Shown here: positions 7,598 to 15,849 of the stretch, in pieces
How the letters are laid out: every line of letters begins with the position of its first letter
Numbering within the stretch: the stretch's first letter is position 1
Source of the DNA: Patescibacteria group bacterium
GTDB taxonomy: Bacteria > Patescibacteriota > Minisyncoccia > Minisyncoccales > CG1-02-41-26
DNA: 56,672 nt
NCBI GenBank assembly: GCA_023474835.1
Contig: JAMCXQ010000005.1
Coordinates: 1-56,672, forward strand
Direction of reading: 5' to 3'
Made by a program: the position numbers and the translations under genes
Notes under the pieces: generated by a model
Seen by the model: only the letters and a program-made list of their open reading frames with translations
Database searches by the model: none
Told to the model about the DNA's origin: nothing

Positions 7598-9322
7598 ATG
7601 AAGGCTAAGATTTACCTCGTTTTTGTTTTTTTTGTTGTTTTGAGCGGCTGGATTGTTTTTAACCTTTATTGCCTGCAGATTCAAAAGGGTGATTATTACA
7701 AGGCCTTGGCATTGGGGCAGCAAATTTCCTTTGGCTCGGATTCAGCGGGCCGGGGAAATATTTTTTTTAGCGATGGAAAAACGGTTTTGGCATCCACGCG
7801 GGGAAAAATCATCGCCTATGTTTTCCCGAACAAAATAACCGGCGATTTTGCTTCTTCAGTTGATACCATTGCTGACATTTTGGGCGAAGGCAAAGCGGAA
7901 TTTTCGGACCTTTTGAAAAAAGGCGACGTTATAAAGCGTGAAATATCCGTAGAGCAGCAGCAGGAAATTCAAAAACAAAAAATTGATTTTGTCCAGTCTC
8001 AAGAAACCACCGTTCGTCTATACCCGCAGGGCGCGCTTGGCGCGAACGTTCTTGGCTTTGTCAATGAAGAAGGGCAGGGCCAGTACGGGGTGGAAGCATT
8101 TTACGATAAAACCCTCAAACCGGAATCAACAACCATTTTAAGCCCCAAGGGGCCTTTCGGCAAACTGGTTTCTTTTTTGGAGTTTGAGGGTAAAAGCCAA
8201 AAGAGTTCCAGTGGAGCTTCTTTATGGCTGTCGCTGGATAAAAATCTCCAATACGCGGCGGAAAAACTGCTTGCAAAAGGCAAAACCGACTTTGACTTTG
8301 ATTCGGCCCAAATTATAGTGGAAGAACCTTCAAGTGGCAGGATTTTGGTTTTGGCTGTCTGGCCCGGATTCAACGCCAACGAATACGGCCAAACCAAAGA
8401 CCTGTCTGTTTTTTTGAATCCGGCTGTGCAGAGCATTTTCGAGCCCGGTTCTGTTTTCAAGCCCTTTACCATGGCTGCCGGGCTTGAAGAAAAACTGGTT
8501 ACTCCCGAAACAGAATACGTTGACACGGGCTCGGTGTCGCTGGGCGGGCCTTTGATTTTGAATTTTGAGCAAAGAACGTTCGGCGAGCAGACAATGGCCG
8601 ATGTTTTGGAAAAATCAATAAATACCGGCGCTGTTTTCGTTGAACAGAAATTGGGAGGCAGCTTGTTTTTGAAGTACCTTGACAGCTTCGGATTTTTCAG
8701 CAAAACCGGCATTGATTTGTCGGGCGAAGTCGCCTCCACCAACAGCACCTTAAAGCATGGCTATCCGCGGGATTTCGCTTCGGCCGCTTTCGGCCAGGGT
8801 ATTGAAATAACGCCGATACAAATGGTTCAGGCGTTTGGCGCTTTGGCAAACAAAGGCAAAATGATGAAGCCGTTTATCGTTGACAAAATCGTTCAGGCCA
8901 ACGGCAAAGAAACAATTACGCAGCCCGTAATGGAACGGCAGGTGATTAGCGGGGACACTGCCGCAGCCCTGGCCTATATGCTTAGCAGGGTTGTTTGCAA
9001 TGGTTCGGGTATAAGAACAAAAATAACCGGTTATGCCATTGCCGGAAAAACAGGCACTGCCCAGGTGGCCGGAACTTCCGGCGGCTATCAGCAGGGCAAA
9101 ACCACGCAAAGTTTTATCGGTTTTTTTCCGGCGGAAAGTCCGCGGGCCTTGATTTTGGTGAAACTGGACAATCCCAAAGGCGTTTCCCAGGCAAGCAGAT
9201 GCGCCGTGCCCATGGCAAAGGAAATGATAAAATACATTTTGGATTTATGGCAAATTCCGCCCTCGGGTTACGAGGTTTTGCCCTGGCCTGGCCAGCTTAC
9301 CCAGCCGGTTGCGAACCATTGA
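7598..9322 (+). CDS. ftsI: penicillin-binding protein 2/FtsI-type transpeptidase
   Basis: N-terminal anchor, SxxK (GSVFKPF), SxN-like region and KTGTA motif, in the dcw position. Confidence 0.88.
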   Translation: MKAKIYLVFVFFVVLSGWIVFNLYCLQIQKGDYYKALALGQQISFGSDSAGRGNIFFSDGKTVLASTRGKIIAYVFPNKITGDFASSVDTIADILGEGKAEFSDLLKKGDVIKREISVEQQQEIQKQKIDFVQSQETTVRLYPQGALGANVLGFVNEEGQGQYGVEAFYDKTLKPESTTILSPKGPFGKLVSFLEFEGKSQKSSSGASLWLSLDKNLQYAAEKLLAKGKTDFDFDSAQIIVEEPSSGRILVLAVWPGFNANEYGQTKDLSVFLNPAVQSIFEPGSVFKPFTMAAGLEEKLVTPETEYVDTGSVSLGGPLILNFEQRTFGEQTMADVLEKSINTGAVFVEQKLGGSLFLKYLDSFGFFSKTGIDLSGEVASTNSTLKHGYPRDFASAAFGQGIEITPIQMVQAFGALANKGKMMKPFIVDKIVQANGKETITQPVMERQVISGDTAAALAYMLSRVVCNGSGIRTKITGYAIAGKTGTAQVAGTSGGYQQGKTTQSFIGFFPAESPRALILVKLDNPKGVSQASRCAVPMAKEMIKYILDLWQIPPSGYEVLPWPGQLTQPVANH

Positions 9323-9471
9323 CAGCAAAGAGTTTTTTGCTAAACTGAAGTATCGTATGAAAAGCCAAACTAATCTCCGAAACTTCTTTTTCTTTTTTAC
9401 ATTTACCAGCCTGAAGAAAGGGGTTAGTTTGAGCTTTCTAAAACACTAAATAACAATTTTTTAGAAATTTC

Positions 9472-9503
9472 ACACCAGCTTCTTTCGGGGCTGGTGTTTT
9501 TTT
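9472..9503 (+). terminator. rho-independent terminator ACACCAGC..GCTGGTGT plus T7
   Basis: 8-bp stem followed by TTTTTTT, about 150 nt after the ftsI stop. Confidence 0.65.
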
Positions 9504-9536
9504 ACAAAAAAATCCCACAAAGGAGGTGATTGTATT

Positions 9537-9737
9537 ATGGTGGGAAAAAAAATTATTGTTTTGCCAAGCGGGGATTTTCCCCGTTTGGCCCGCAAGGTTT
9601 CTCTCCTTGCCGGATTGGCCGGTGAGGAGAGGCCTGATTGCCGCGGGGCCGGCAGTCAGGTTATAATCGTTTTCCTCGGGGCAATACCCGAGGGATTCAA
9701 AGAACTTATTGCCCAATTCCTTGGGATTGGGCAATAA
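9537..9737 (+). CDS. hypothetical 66-aa protein (may instead be structured RNA)
   Basis: Strong SD AAAGGAGGTGA lies 10 nt before the ATG, and the stop is followed within 5 nt by a strong terminator. However, the region is unusually GC- and hairpin-rich and I recognise no family. Confidence 0.35.
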   Translation: MVGKKIIVLPSGDFPRLARKVSLLAGLAGEERPDCRGAGSQVIIVFLGAIPEGFKELIAQFLGIGQ

Positions 9738-9741
9738 GCAG

Positions 9742-9800
9742 GAAACGTCCCGCCGCAAATGAACAAAACAGACAAGGCGGGACGTTTCTCATTTTTTTCT
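9742..9800 (+). terminator. rho-independent terminator GAAACGTCCCGCC..GGCGGGACGTTTC plus T-run
   Basis: 13-bp perfect stem, 22-nt loop and ATTTTTTT tail. Confidence 0.7.
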
Positions 9801-9826
9801 CCGCAGCACGGGCTGTGGAAAATCCG

Positions 9827-10013
9827 TTGACATTTAAAAACATTTTGCTATTATAAAATATCTTATGACAAACAGCCGACAAACCAGCCGATATTTTTTC
9901 TGCCAGATTACCCGGACATCTCAATGGAAGGAGGTTGGTTTGAGTTTAGGAAAATAAAAAAAATCGCGAATTCAGCCCAGCCCCTTTCCAGGGGCTGGGC
10001 TTTTTGTTTTTTT
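9827..10013 (+). ncRNA. candidate ~150-nt small transcript (consensus promoter to strong terminator)
   Basis: TTGACA (9827-9832), a 16-nt spacer and TATTAT (9849-9854). Terminator is GCCCAGCCCC/GGGGCTGGGC (9975-10000) plus a T-run. Only a 30-codon ORF without an SD lies inside. Confidence 0.3.
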
Positions 10014-10216
10014 ACAACCCGGTTTGGTCCAGTTGCGGTTCTTTGTTTGGCAGTTTTATTTGGCAGGTTGTCAAACAAAGGGCCGCGGTTGCGGCCAAAT
10101 CCTGTTTTCATCTCAAAAAGAAAGGAGGTGATGGAAATGGGACATAAGAATGATGCGGGGTTTTAACCCCGCGGCATTCCCACCCCCGGGGGATGTCGCA
10201 AAAAAAGGGGAAATAT

Positions 10217-10256
10217 GCAGGAACGAAAAACAGACAAATGTTCCTGCGTATTTTTT
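10217..10256 (+). terminator. terminator-like hairpin GCAGGAAC..GTTCCTGC plus T6
   Basis: 8-bp stem, 15-nt loop and a T-run at 10251-10256. It follows an SD-led 9-codon mini-ORF (10137-10166). Confidence 0.5.
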
Positions 10257-10463
10257 ATATACAGGGGGTTTATTACAAGGGCATAGTTTGGTAAAATGAA
10301 TTTAGCGATTAAACACTGTTGCCGCGGACCGTCAAGGGGCGGCCGCGGAGACGGCGGAGAGGTTAAGAGGATGGTCAGAGAGCTTCCAACCAAACCGCCG
10401 TTTTATATTGCTCTATTTTCTTTTTCAATTATATTGCTATTTGGGCGCAGTTTGATAAAATAG

Positions 10464-10684
10464 AGAATGGCCTTGTCATCTAATGGGTCAAAGCCAACTG
10501 CTTGGCTTTGACGGGAATCTTAGAAAACTCTCCGAGTTTTCGTTAAGAAATTCCCCGGCACATTATGTTTAAGCCAACTGCTTGGCTTTGACGGCCGATT
10601 TAGGAAATCGTCCCCGATTTCCGTTAAAAATCGGCCAGGCATTCCTTAATTTATTACAATATCAGGTAGTGTTACGGTAAGAAT
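10464..10684 (+). repeat. tRNA-linked structured repeat: 23-nt copy of the tRNA-Glu 5' end followed by two hairpin-pair units
   Basis: 10464-10486 is identical to 10680-10702. HP1 GTCAAAGCCAA-CTGC-TTGGCTTTGAC is at 10487-10512, with a partial copy at 10571-10592. Two-tier hairpins HP2 are at 10513-10556 and 10593-10636, followed by AGGCATTCCTTAA. Confidence 0.75.
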
Positions 10685-10757
10685 GGCCTTGTCATCTAAT
10701 GGTTCAGGATACATGGTTCTCAACCATGTCATACGGGTTCGAATCCCGTCGAGGCCG
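10685..10757 (+). tRNA. tRNA-Glu (anticodon CTC)
   Basis: Acceptor GGCCTTG/CGAGGCC, anticodon arm CATGG-TTCTCAA-CCATG, T arm ACGGG-TTCGAAT-CCCGT. No encoded CCA. Confidence 0.85.
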
Positions 10758-10759
10758 CT

Positions 10760-11830
10760 ATGTCATTCGCTTTGCAAATTTTCATTGTTTTCGCGCTTTT
10801 TGCGGTTTTAGCCGTAATTATTTTGGGCTACGTGAAAAAACTGCTGGCCAAAATAAACAAACCGGAGGATGCCGGAGTTTTTAACCTGTTCAAGCAGGAT
10901 TTGGAGGTTATTAAAAACGAAATCAAACAAACAAGGGAAAAAAACATAGAAACAATGCAAAACCAGCTCCAGGAAAGCCGGAAAATATCCCAGGAAAGCA
11001 GCCGCATTATGTTCAACGTCACCGAACGCCTGACAAAACTTGATGAAACCAACAAGCGGGTTGAAGGTTTTGCCGCCCAGATGCAGTCATTGGAGAATAT
11101 CCTGAAGAATCCAAAACAGCGGGGCATTTTGGGCGAGTATTCCTTGGAGCTTTTGCTGAAAAACGCTTTCACGCCCAGCCAGTACCAGATGCAATACGGG
11201 TTTTCCGACGGACAAATCGTTGACGCGGTTTTGTTTGTCGGCGACAAAATAATTCCCATTGATTCCAAGTTTTCTCTGGAAAATTACAATAAAATCGTCG
11301 TGGAAAAAGACGCAGCCAAAAAAGAACAGCTGGAAAAGGCGTTTAAGCAGGATTTGAAAAACCGGATTGACGAAACCGCCAAGTACATAAGGCCGGGTGA
11401 GAACACATTTGATTTCGCCTTGATGTTTATTCCGGCCGAAGGCATTTATTACGATTTGATGGTCAACGAGGTTGGCTCGGTGAAGGTCAATACAAGGGAT
11501 TTGCTGGAATACGCCGTGTGGGAAAAAAACGTGCATATTGTTTCTCCCAATTCTTTTTACGCTTATTTGCAAACCATTTTGCAGGGGTTGAGGGCATTCA
11601 AAATTGAAGATTCCGCCAAGGAAATAAAGAAAAACGTGGAAGTTTTAAGCAAACATATAGGGGCTTTTGAAAGCTATATGCAAAAACTGGGAGGCAATTT
11701 GGGCACAACGGTCAACTGCTATAACACTGCTTACAAAGAGCTGGGTAAAATAGACAAAGACGTGGTAAAAATCACGGAAGGGGAGCGCCAGATTGAGCCG
11801 CTGCAAATTGACAAACCCGGTGTTGACTAA
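10760..11830 (+). CDS. rmuC: DNA recombination protein RmuC
   Basis: N-terminal TM helix, long coiled coil, then FDFALMFIPAEGIYYD and SPNSFYAYLQTI typical of RmuC. The ATG is 2 nt after the tRNA. Confidence 0.85.
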   Translation: MSFALQIFIVFALFAVLAVIILGYVKKLLAKINKPEDAGVFNLFKQDLEVIKNEIKQTREKNIETMQNQLQESRKISQESSRIMFNVTERLTKLDETNKRVEGFAAQMQSLENILKNPKQRGILGEYSLELLLKNAFTPSQYQMQYGFSDGQIVDAVLFVGDKIIPIDSKFSLENYNKIVVEKDAAKKEQLEKAFKQDLKNRIDETAKYIRPGENTFDFALMFIPAEGIYYDLMVNEVGSVKVNTRDLLEYAVWEKNVHIVSPNSFYAYLQTILQGLRAFKIEDSAKEIKKNVEVLSKHIGAFESYMQKLGGNLGTTVNCYNTAYKELGKIDKDVVKITEGERQIEPLQIDKPGVD

Positions 11831-11865
11831 TGCGGTTTCGTGGTGTAGATTAAACCTATAAACTT

Positions 11866-12186
11866 ATGGATTTCGCTGTAATAAAAACCGGCGGAAAGCA
11901 GTATTTTGTTGAGCCGGCTAAAAAAATTAAAATTGAGAAATTGGTGGCAAAAGAGGGCGAAGAATTTATTTTCAACGATGTTTTGCTTTTGGAGAAAAAC
12001 GGCAAATTGTCAACAGGCGAACCCAAAGTCGAAGGGGCCAAAGTTGCCGCAAAAGTGCTCAGGCAGGCAAGAGCAAGAAAAATCACGATTATCAAATACA
12101 AACCCAAAAAAAGATACAGAAAAAAGCAGGGGCACCGGCAAATGTTCACCGAAGTGGAAATAACTAGAATAAGCGATAAGCAGTAA
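11866..12186 (+). CDS. rplU: 50S ribosomal protein L21
   Basis: FAVIKTGGKQYFVEPAKKIKIEKL..KITIIKYKPKKRYRKKQGHRQMFTEVEI. Confidence 0.93.
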   Translation: MDFAVIKTGGKQYFVEPAKKIKIEKLVAKEGEEFIFNDVLLLEKNGKLSTGEPKVEGAKVAAKVLRQARARKITIIKYKPKKRYRKKQGHRQMFTEVEITRISDKQ

Positions 12187-12204
12187 GCGGTAAGCAATAG
12201 AAAC

Positions 12205-12232
12205 AAAAACTCGTCTTTGACGAGTTTTTTGT
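12205..12232. terminator. bidirectional terminator between convergent rplU and recR
   Basis: AAAAACTCGTC-TTT-GACGAGTTTTTT, with an A-run and a T-run on either side. Confidence 0.7.
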
Positions 12233-12248
12233 TTTGAAAGTTGAAAAT

Positions 12249-12860
12249 TTACTTGCGGCTTTCAAAGGCGGCGGCGATTGTTTCTTCGTCGGCGTATTCA
12301 ATTTCTCCGCCCAGGGGCAGGCCCCGGCCAAGCTCCGAGATTTTCACTCCGGCCCCTTCAAGTTTTCTTTTAAGCCATAATGCGGTGTTTTTGCCCTCGG
12401 GCGTCGGGTTCAAAGCCAAAATTGTTTCTTTAACTTCATGCGTAATTTTTATGCGGTCGCATAATTTTTCAACGTTTGCTTCAAGGGTTTTTTGTTCGTT
12501 TTCTTTTTTCAAAACAGGCAAAACGCCTCCCAAAATAAAATAAAGCCCTTTGAATTGACGGGTTTTTTCAACGGTTTCCAAATCAATTTCATTTTCAACC
12601 ACGCACAAAACTTCTTTGTTGCGCCGCGTGTCAGCGCAAATGGAGCAAAGCTCTTCGCTGTTTTCGGGCTCGAACGACTTAAAACACAAAGAGCAGATTT
12701 TGATTTTACTTTTTAATTCTTCAATGGTTTCAGTCAGTTCTTTGATTTCGTCAGCCGGTTTTTTGATCAAATAAAAAACAAACCGCGAGGCGGTGCGCGG
12801 CCCCACAGTGGGGAATTTTGAAAATAATTTAATCAGTTTTTCAATACTTTTGGAATACAT
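12249..12860 (-). CDS. recR: recombination protein RecR
   Basis: MYSKSIEKLIKLFSKFPTVGPRTASRFVFYL, a C4 zinc finger (CSLC..CSIC) and a Toprim-like part. The start was moved to M40 of the track ORF, because the longer form overlaps dnaB. Confidence 0.88.
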   Translation of the reverse strand: MYSKSIEKLIKLFSKFPTVGPRTASRFVFYLIKKPADEIKELTETIEELKSKIKICSLCFKSFEPENSEELCSICADTRRNKEVLCVVENEIDLETVEKTRQFKGLYFILGGVLPVLKKENEQKTLEANVEKLCDRIKITHEVKETILALNPTPEGKNTALWLKRKLEGAGVKISELGRGLPLGGEIEYADEETIAAAFESRK

Positions 12861-12882
12861 AAGCAAAAAAAGCGATGAGGGC

Positions 12883-15729
12883 CTAGTACCCCGCTTTATC
12901 CAGATTGCGAAAAGTGGCTCTTGTTTCGTCAAAGAACAGCTCTGCTTTGCCAATCGGCCCGTTTCTGTGCTTGGCAATTAAAATGTCCGCTACATTGGGT
13001 TTTTCCGAACTTTGTTTATAGCGGTCTTCTCTGTAAATAAACATCACCACGTCCGCATCCTGCTCGATTGAGCCCGATTCACGAAGGTCGGCCAATCTTG
13101 GTATTTGCGGCACTCTTTGTTCAACCGCCCGCGATAATTGCGACAAAACCAAAACCGGAATGCAAAGTTCCTTTGCCAGCGATTTCAACGCCCGCGAGTT
13201 TTCGCTCACCTGCTGAACCATGCCGTAGTTGGGATTTTGGCTGCGCGACTCCATTAACTGCAAGTAGTCAATAATCAAAAGCCCCAAGCCTTTGTCAGCC
13301 GCTAATCGCCGGGCCATTGCCCGCATTTGCAAAATGTTTGAGCTGGATATGTCGTCAATGTAAAGAGGGGATTCGGAAAGTTCGGCCATCGCTCTTTGTA
13401 TTCTTTCAAAATCATTGCCCATGCCCTGGTCCGATAATCGTCCGGTTCGCAAACGCCACAAATCAACGTCGGCCTGGCTGGCTATGAGGCGGTCAATAAT
13501 CTGGTCTTTTGACATTTCCAGGCTAAAAACGCCCACCGGTATTTTGTATTTGACAGCCACGTTGCGGGCGATATCAAGTGCCAGTGAAGAGTTATGAATG
13601 ATGAAGTCATTGGCAATAAAGTTATGATTTTCAGATACGGTCAGGTCATAAACCTGTTTTTCTCCGATTGGGGCAATAGCCGCTATTTTATCCCAATAAA
13701 TATCGCTTTGAGCGATGTCTATTAGCTCCGTAGAATTTAAAACATAAGCCAGCTTTAAGACAGTTTCTCTGCGAGGAGAACGCCGAAAGGCGTGAATGTT
13801 ATACGAGTCGGGCAAGTGGAGTTCTTTATAAACAGACCGCCAGCTCTTTTGGCCTTTTATTTCAGAGATTTTTTCCCAGATCTTAATCGGAATGGTGTCT
13901 TGCGCCCAGCCCTGTTTGGTTTTAGTTAAGTATTTTTCGGCTTTAACAATCTTCGCTTCCTCGCGATACATACCTATTTCTCGGATAAATTTTAAAAGGC
14001 TGGGGGCGTTCATAACTTCAAGTTCGTAGGCCGTAATCTTTTTTCCGTTGATTTTTGTTCTTTTCTCTCTGGTTTTGCTCAAAACTCCAAATCTCAAAAG
14101 TAAATGTTGCACCTGTTTAATGAGTCTGTATGATCCGGAGCTATAAGATAAACGATAGTATTTTTGTTTTTTGCTTTGCCAGAAACTTCCGTCGCAGGAA
14201 AATAATCGGTTTAAAAACAAGGCCAGCGATTTTTTATTTAATTCAAACACAGCTGAAGGAATGAATTTATCAATGGCGAGTTTGCCCATTAAACCAAACG
14301 ATTGCAGCCACGCATTAATCGAATTTTTGGGTGCCAGTTTTTCATATTGTTGCAAAAGATTCTGTCGCGCAGCATTATTTATTTGAAAACTATTTATAAT
14401 TGTCAGGAAATTTTCTTTTAACGGCAAATTATGTCCGTTAAGGAATGCTGAAATACCGGCAAGGCAAATTTTCGTCTGATTTGATAATGATTTTTGGGTA
14501 ATGCCTTTTTCTTGTAAAATCAGCTTTATCTTTTGTCCCAATTCTTTTATGCCCTGGCTATCTCTTTCTTTTGTTGAAGAAACCACATAAGTAAGGCATT
14601 TATTTTGGCCTCTTTTTTTGTCAGTTCTGACTTTAACATTGGGGAATTTGGCAATTGCCGACAGAAAATCTTTTTGGATTTTTATATTGCCATTAGTGAA
14701 AGCAGGGCAGCTTTCAGTTAATCCGCCCTCGGCAATAAAATAAGCCAGTGTCTTTATTTCATAATCCGGCCAGATTTTTTCCCCAAAAACAGGGATAACT
14801 CTTGGCACTCCGACTTTTTCTCCTACTCTGATTTCTGACAGTGGCTTCCATCCGTCTATTGTCAAAAATGGATGGGTAATGGTTGTTTCCACCTCTCTTC
14901 CTGATGCAGTTTTAACTTTGTAGACCGGTTGAATGCCATTATCTATGAAAGCGCTGGCTTGAGAGGGTGCTATTTTAAAATCTTTTCCTAAACTTAGGAT
15001 ATTTTGTTTTTTTTGTTTTACCACCTCTTCAATAGAACAGACACTTCCCGGGTTTGACATAACGATTTCTGTATCTTTACTAATACATTTTCCCATACTG
15101 GGCCTGGCAGCTAAAATTATCAAATCGGATTTTTGCAAGCCGGCCAAAGTGTTGTCCAGTTCCCGAAAGCCGGTAGGCAGGCCCCTCATTCCGCCTTTTT
15201 GCTTGTGCAGTTCTTCAATCCTGCGCCAGGTTTCTTCCAGGGTGTCTTTGACGTGCACGAATTTTTGGGTTAAGGAGCGCTGGGCAATGCCGAAAATCCG
15301 CTTTTCCGCTTCGTCAAGCAAACTGTCCACATCCTCGGCTTCTTTGTAAGCCAAATGGTTGATGTCTTGGGAAGCTGAAATCAAATCCCTTAAAATTCTT
15401 TTTTCCTGCACGATTTTGGCGTAGTTCAAAATGTGCGAGGCAGTGGGCACGGCGTTGACCAGTTCGGCGAGATAAGAGCCGCCGCCGATTTCCTGCAGCT
15501 GGTTTTTTTCTTTGAGTTCGCTTGTCAAACTCAAAAGGTCAATGGGCTCCCGTTTTTCAAAGAGGCCCTGCATCGCCCCGTAAATTTTCTGGTGGTGGTC
15601 TTTGTAAAAATCGCGAAAGGTCAAAAAATCAGCCACTTTCCAAATGGCGTCCGGGTCGATCATCAAGCACCCCAGCAACGATTTTTCCGCCTCAACGTTC
15701 TGGGGCGGCAGTTTTTCAGTCTCGGGCAT
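12883..15729 (-). CDS. dnaB: replicative DNA helicase DnaB, interrupted by an intein
   Basis: PPQNVEAEKSLLGCLM N-terminal domain. Walker A is split (LAARPSMGK|C...HN|S). C-terminal motifs are IIDYLQLM, LSQLSRAVEQR and AKHRNGP. Confidence 0.93.
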   Translation of the reverse strand: MPETEKLPPQNVEAEKSLLGCLMIDPDAIWKVADFLTFRDFYKDHHQKIYGAMQGLFEKREPIDLLSLTSELKEKNQLQEIGGGSYLAELVNAVPTASHILNYAKIVQEKRILRDLISASQDINHLAYKEAEDVDSLLDEAEKRIFGIAQRSLTQKFVHVKDTLEETWRRIEELHKQKGGMRGLPTGFRELDNTLAGLQKSDLIILAARPSMGKCISKDTEIVMSNPGSVCSIEEVVKQKKQNILSLGKDFKIAPSQASAFIDNGIQPVYKVKTASGREVETTITHPFLTIDGWKPLSEIRVGEKVGVPRVIPVFGEKIWPDYEIKTLAYFIAEGGLTESCPAFTNGNIKIQKDFLSAIAKFPNVKVRTDKKRGQNKCLTYVVSSTKERDSQGIKELGQKIKLILQEKGITQKSLSNQTKICLAGISAFLNGHNLPLKENFLTIINSFQINNAARQNLLQQYEKLAPKNSINAWLQSFGLMGKLAIDKFIPSAVFELNKKSLALFLNRLFSCDGSFWQSKKQKYYRLSYSSGSYRLIKQVQHLLLRFGVLSKTREKRTKINGKKITAYELEVMNAPSLLKFIREIGMYREEAKIVKAEKYLTKTKQGWAQDTIPIKIWEKISEIKGQKSWRSVYKELHLPDSYNIHAFRRSPRRETVLKLAYVLNSTELIDIAQSDIYWDKIAAIAPIGEKQVYDLTVSENHNFIANDFIIHNSSLALDIARNVAVKYKIPVGVFSLEMSKDQIIDRLIASQADVDLWRLRTGRLSDQGMGNDFERIQRAMAELSESPLYIDDISSSNILQMRAMARRLAADKGLGLLIIDYLQLMESRSQNPNYGMVQQVSENSRALKSLAKELCIPVLVLSQLSRAVEQRVPQIPRLADLRESGSIEQDADVVMFIYREDRYKQSSEKPNVADILIAKHRNGPIGKAELFFDETRATFRNLDKAGY
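13591..15087 (-). mobile_element. 499-aa intein with LAGLIDADG homing endonuclease, inserted in the DnaB P-loop
   Basis: It begins CISKDTEIV (residue 215) and has a TxxH block (TITHPF). LAGLIDADG-type blocks are LAYFIAEGGL and FLNRLFSCDGSF. It ends FIIHN followed by the +1 Ser (residue 714). Confidence 0.88.
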
Positions 15730-15849
15730 TTTACCTATGTTTTAATAGCCCATTATATTCTTGCCTGTTTGTTTGTCAATTTTGGCTTGGGTATAAGCTG
15801 TTGATTGCCTTTTTCGTTGTTTTATAGTAAGATTTTTTAATCAAGGTAT

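Noticed and set aside
8101-8748. 215-aa minus-strand ORF inside the PBP gene, plus similar antisense ORFs (10828-11268, 11087-11572, 18120-18815, 20013-20468, 22059-22682, 47074-47937, 50586-51215, 53158-53802)
   Set aside because: All lie fully antisense to well-supported genes and have low-complexity or Ser/Pro/Phe-rich translations with no motifs. They are typical shadow ORFs.
9924-10166. 80-aa plus-strand ORF in the non-coding stretch (also 9438-9758 minus, 9908-10111 minus, 10163-10393 minus)
   Set aside because: The plus-strand ORF runs straight through a 10-bp-stem terminator and its T-run. The minus-strand ORFs run through hairpin and terminator structures too. None has an SD sequence and all have implausible composition.
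10186-10215. GGGGATGTCGC.. resembling the 5' end of tmRNA
   Set aside because: There is no GGATTCGAC-type continuation, no tag-peptide ORF ending in a hydrophobic A-rich tail, and no T-arm/acceptor 3' end downstream.
12861-12977. N-terminal extension of the RecR ORF
   Set aside because: It overlaps the dnaB 3' end. The canonical RecR N-terminus (MYSKSIEKLIKLFSKFPTVGPRTA) starts at 12860.
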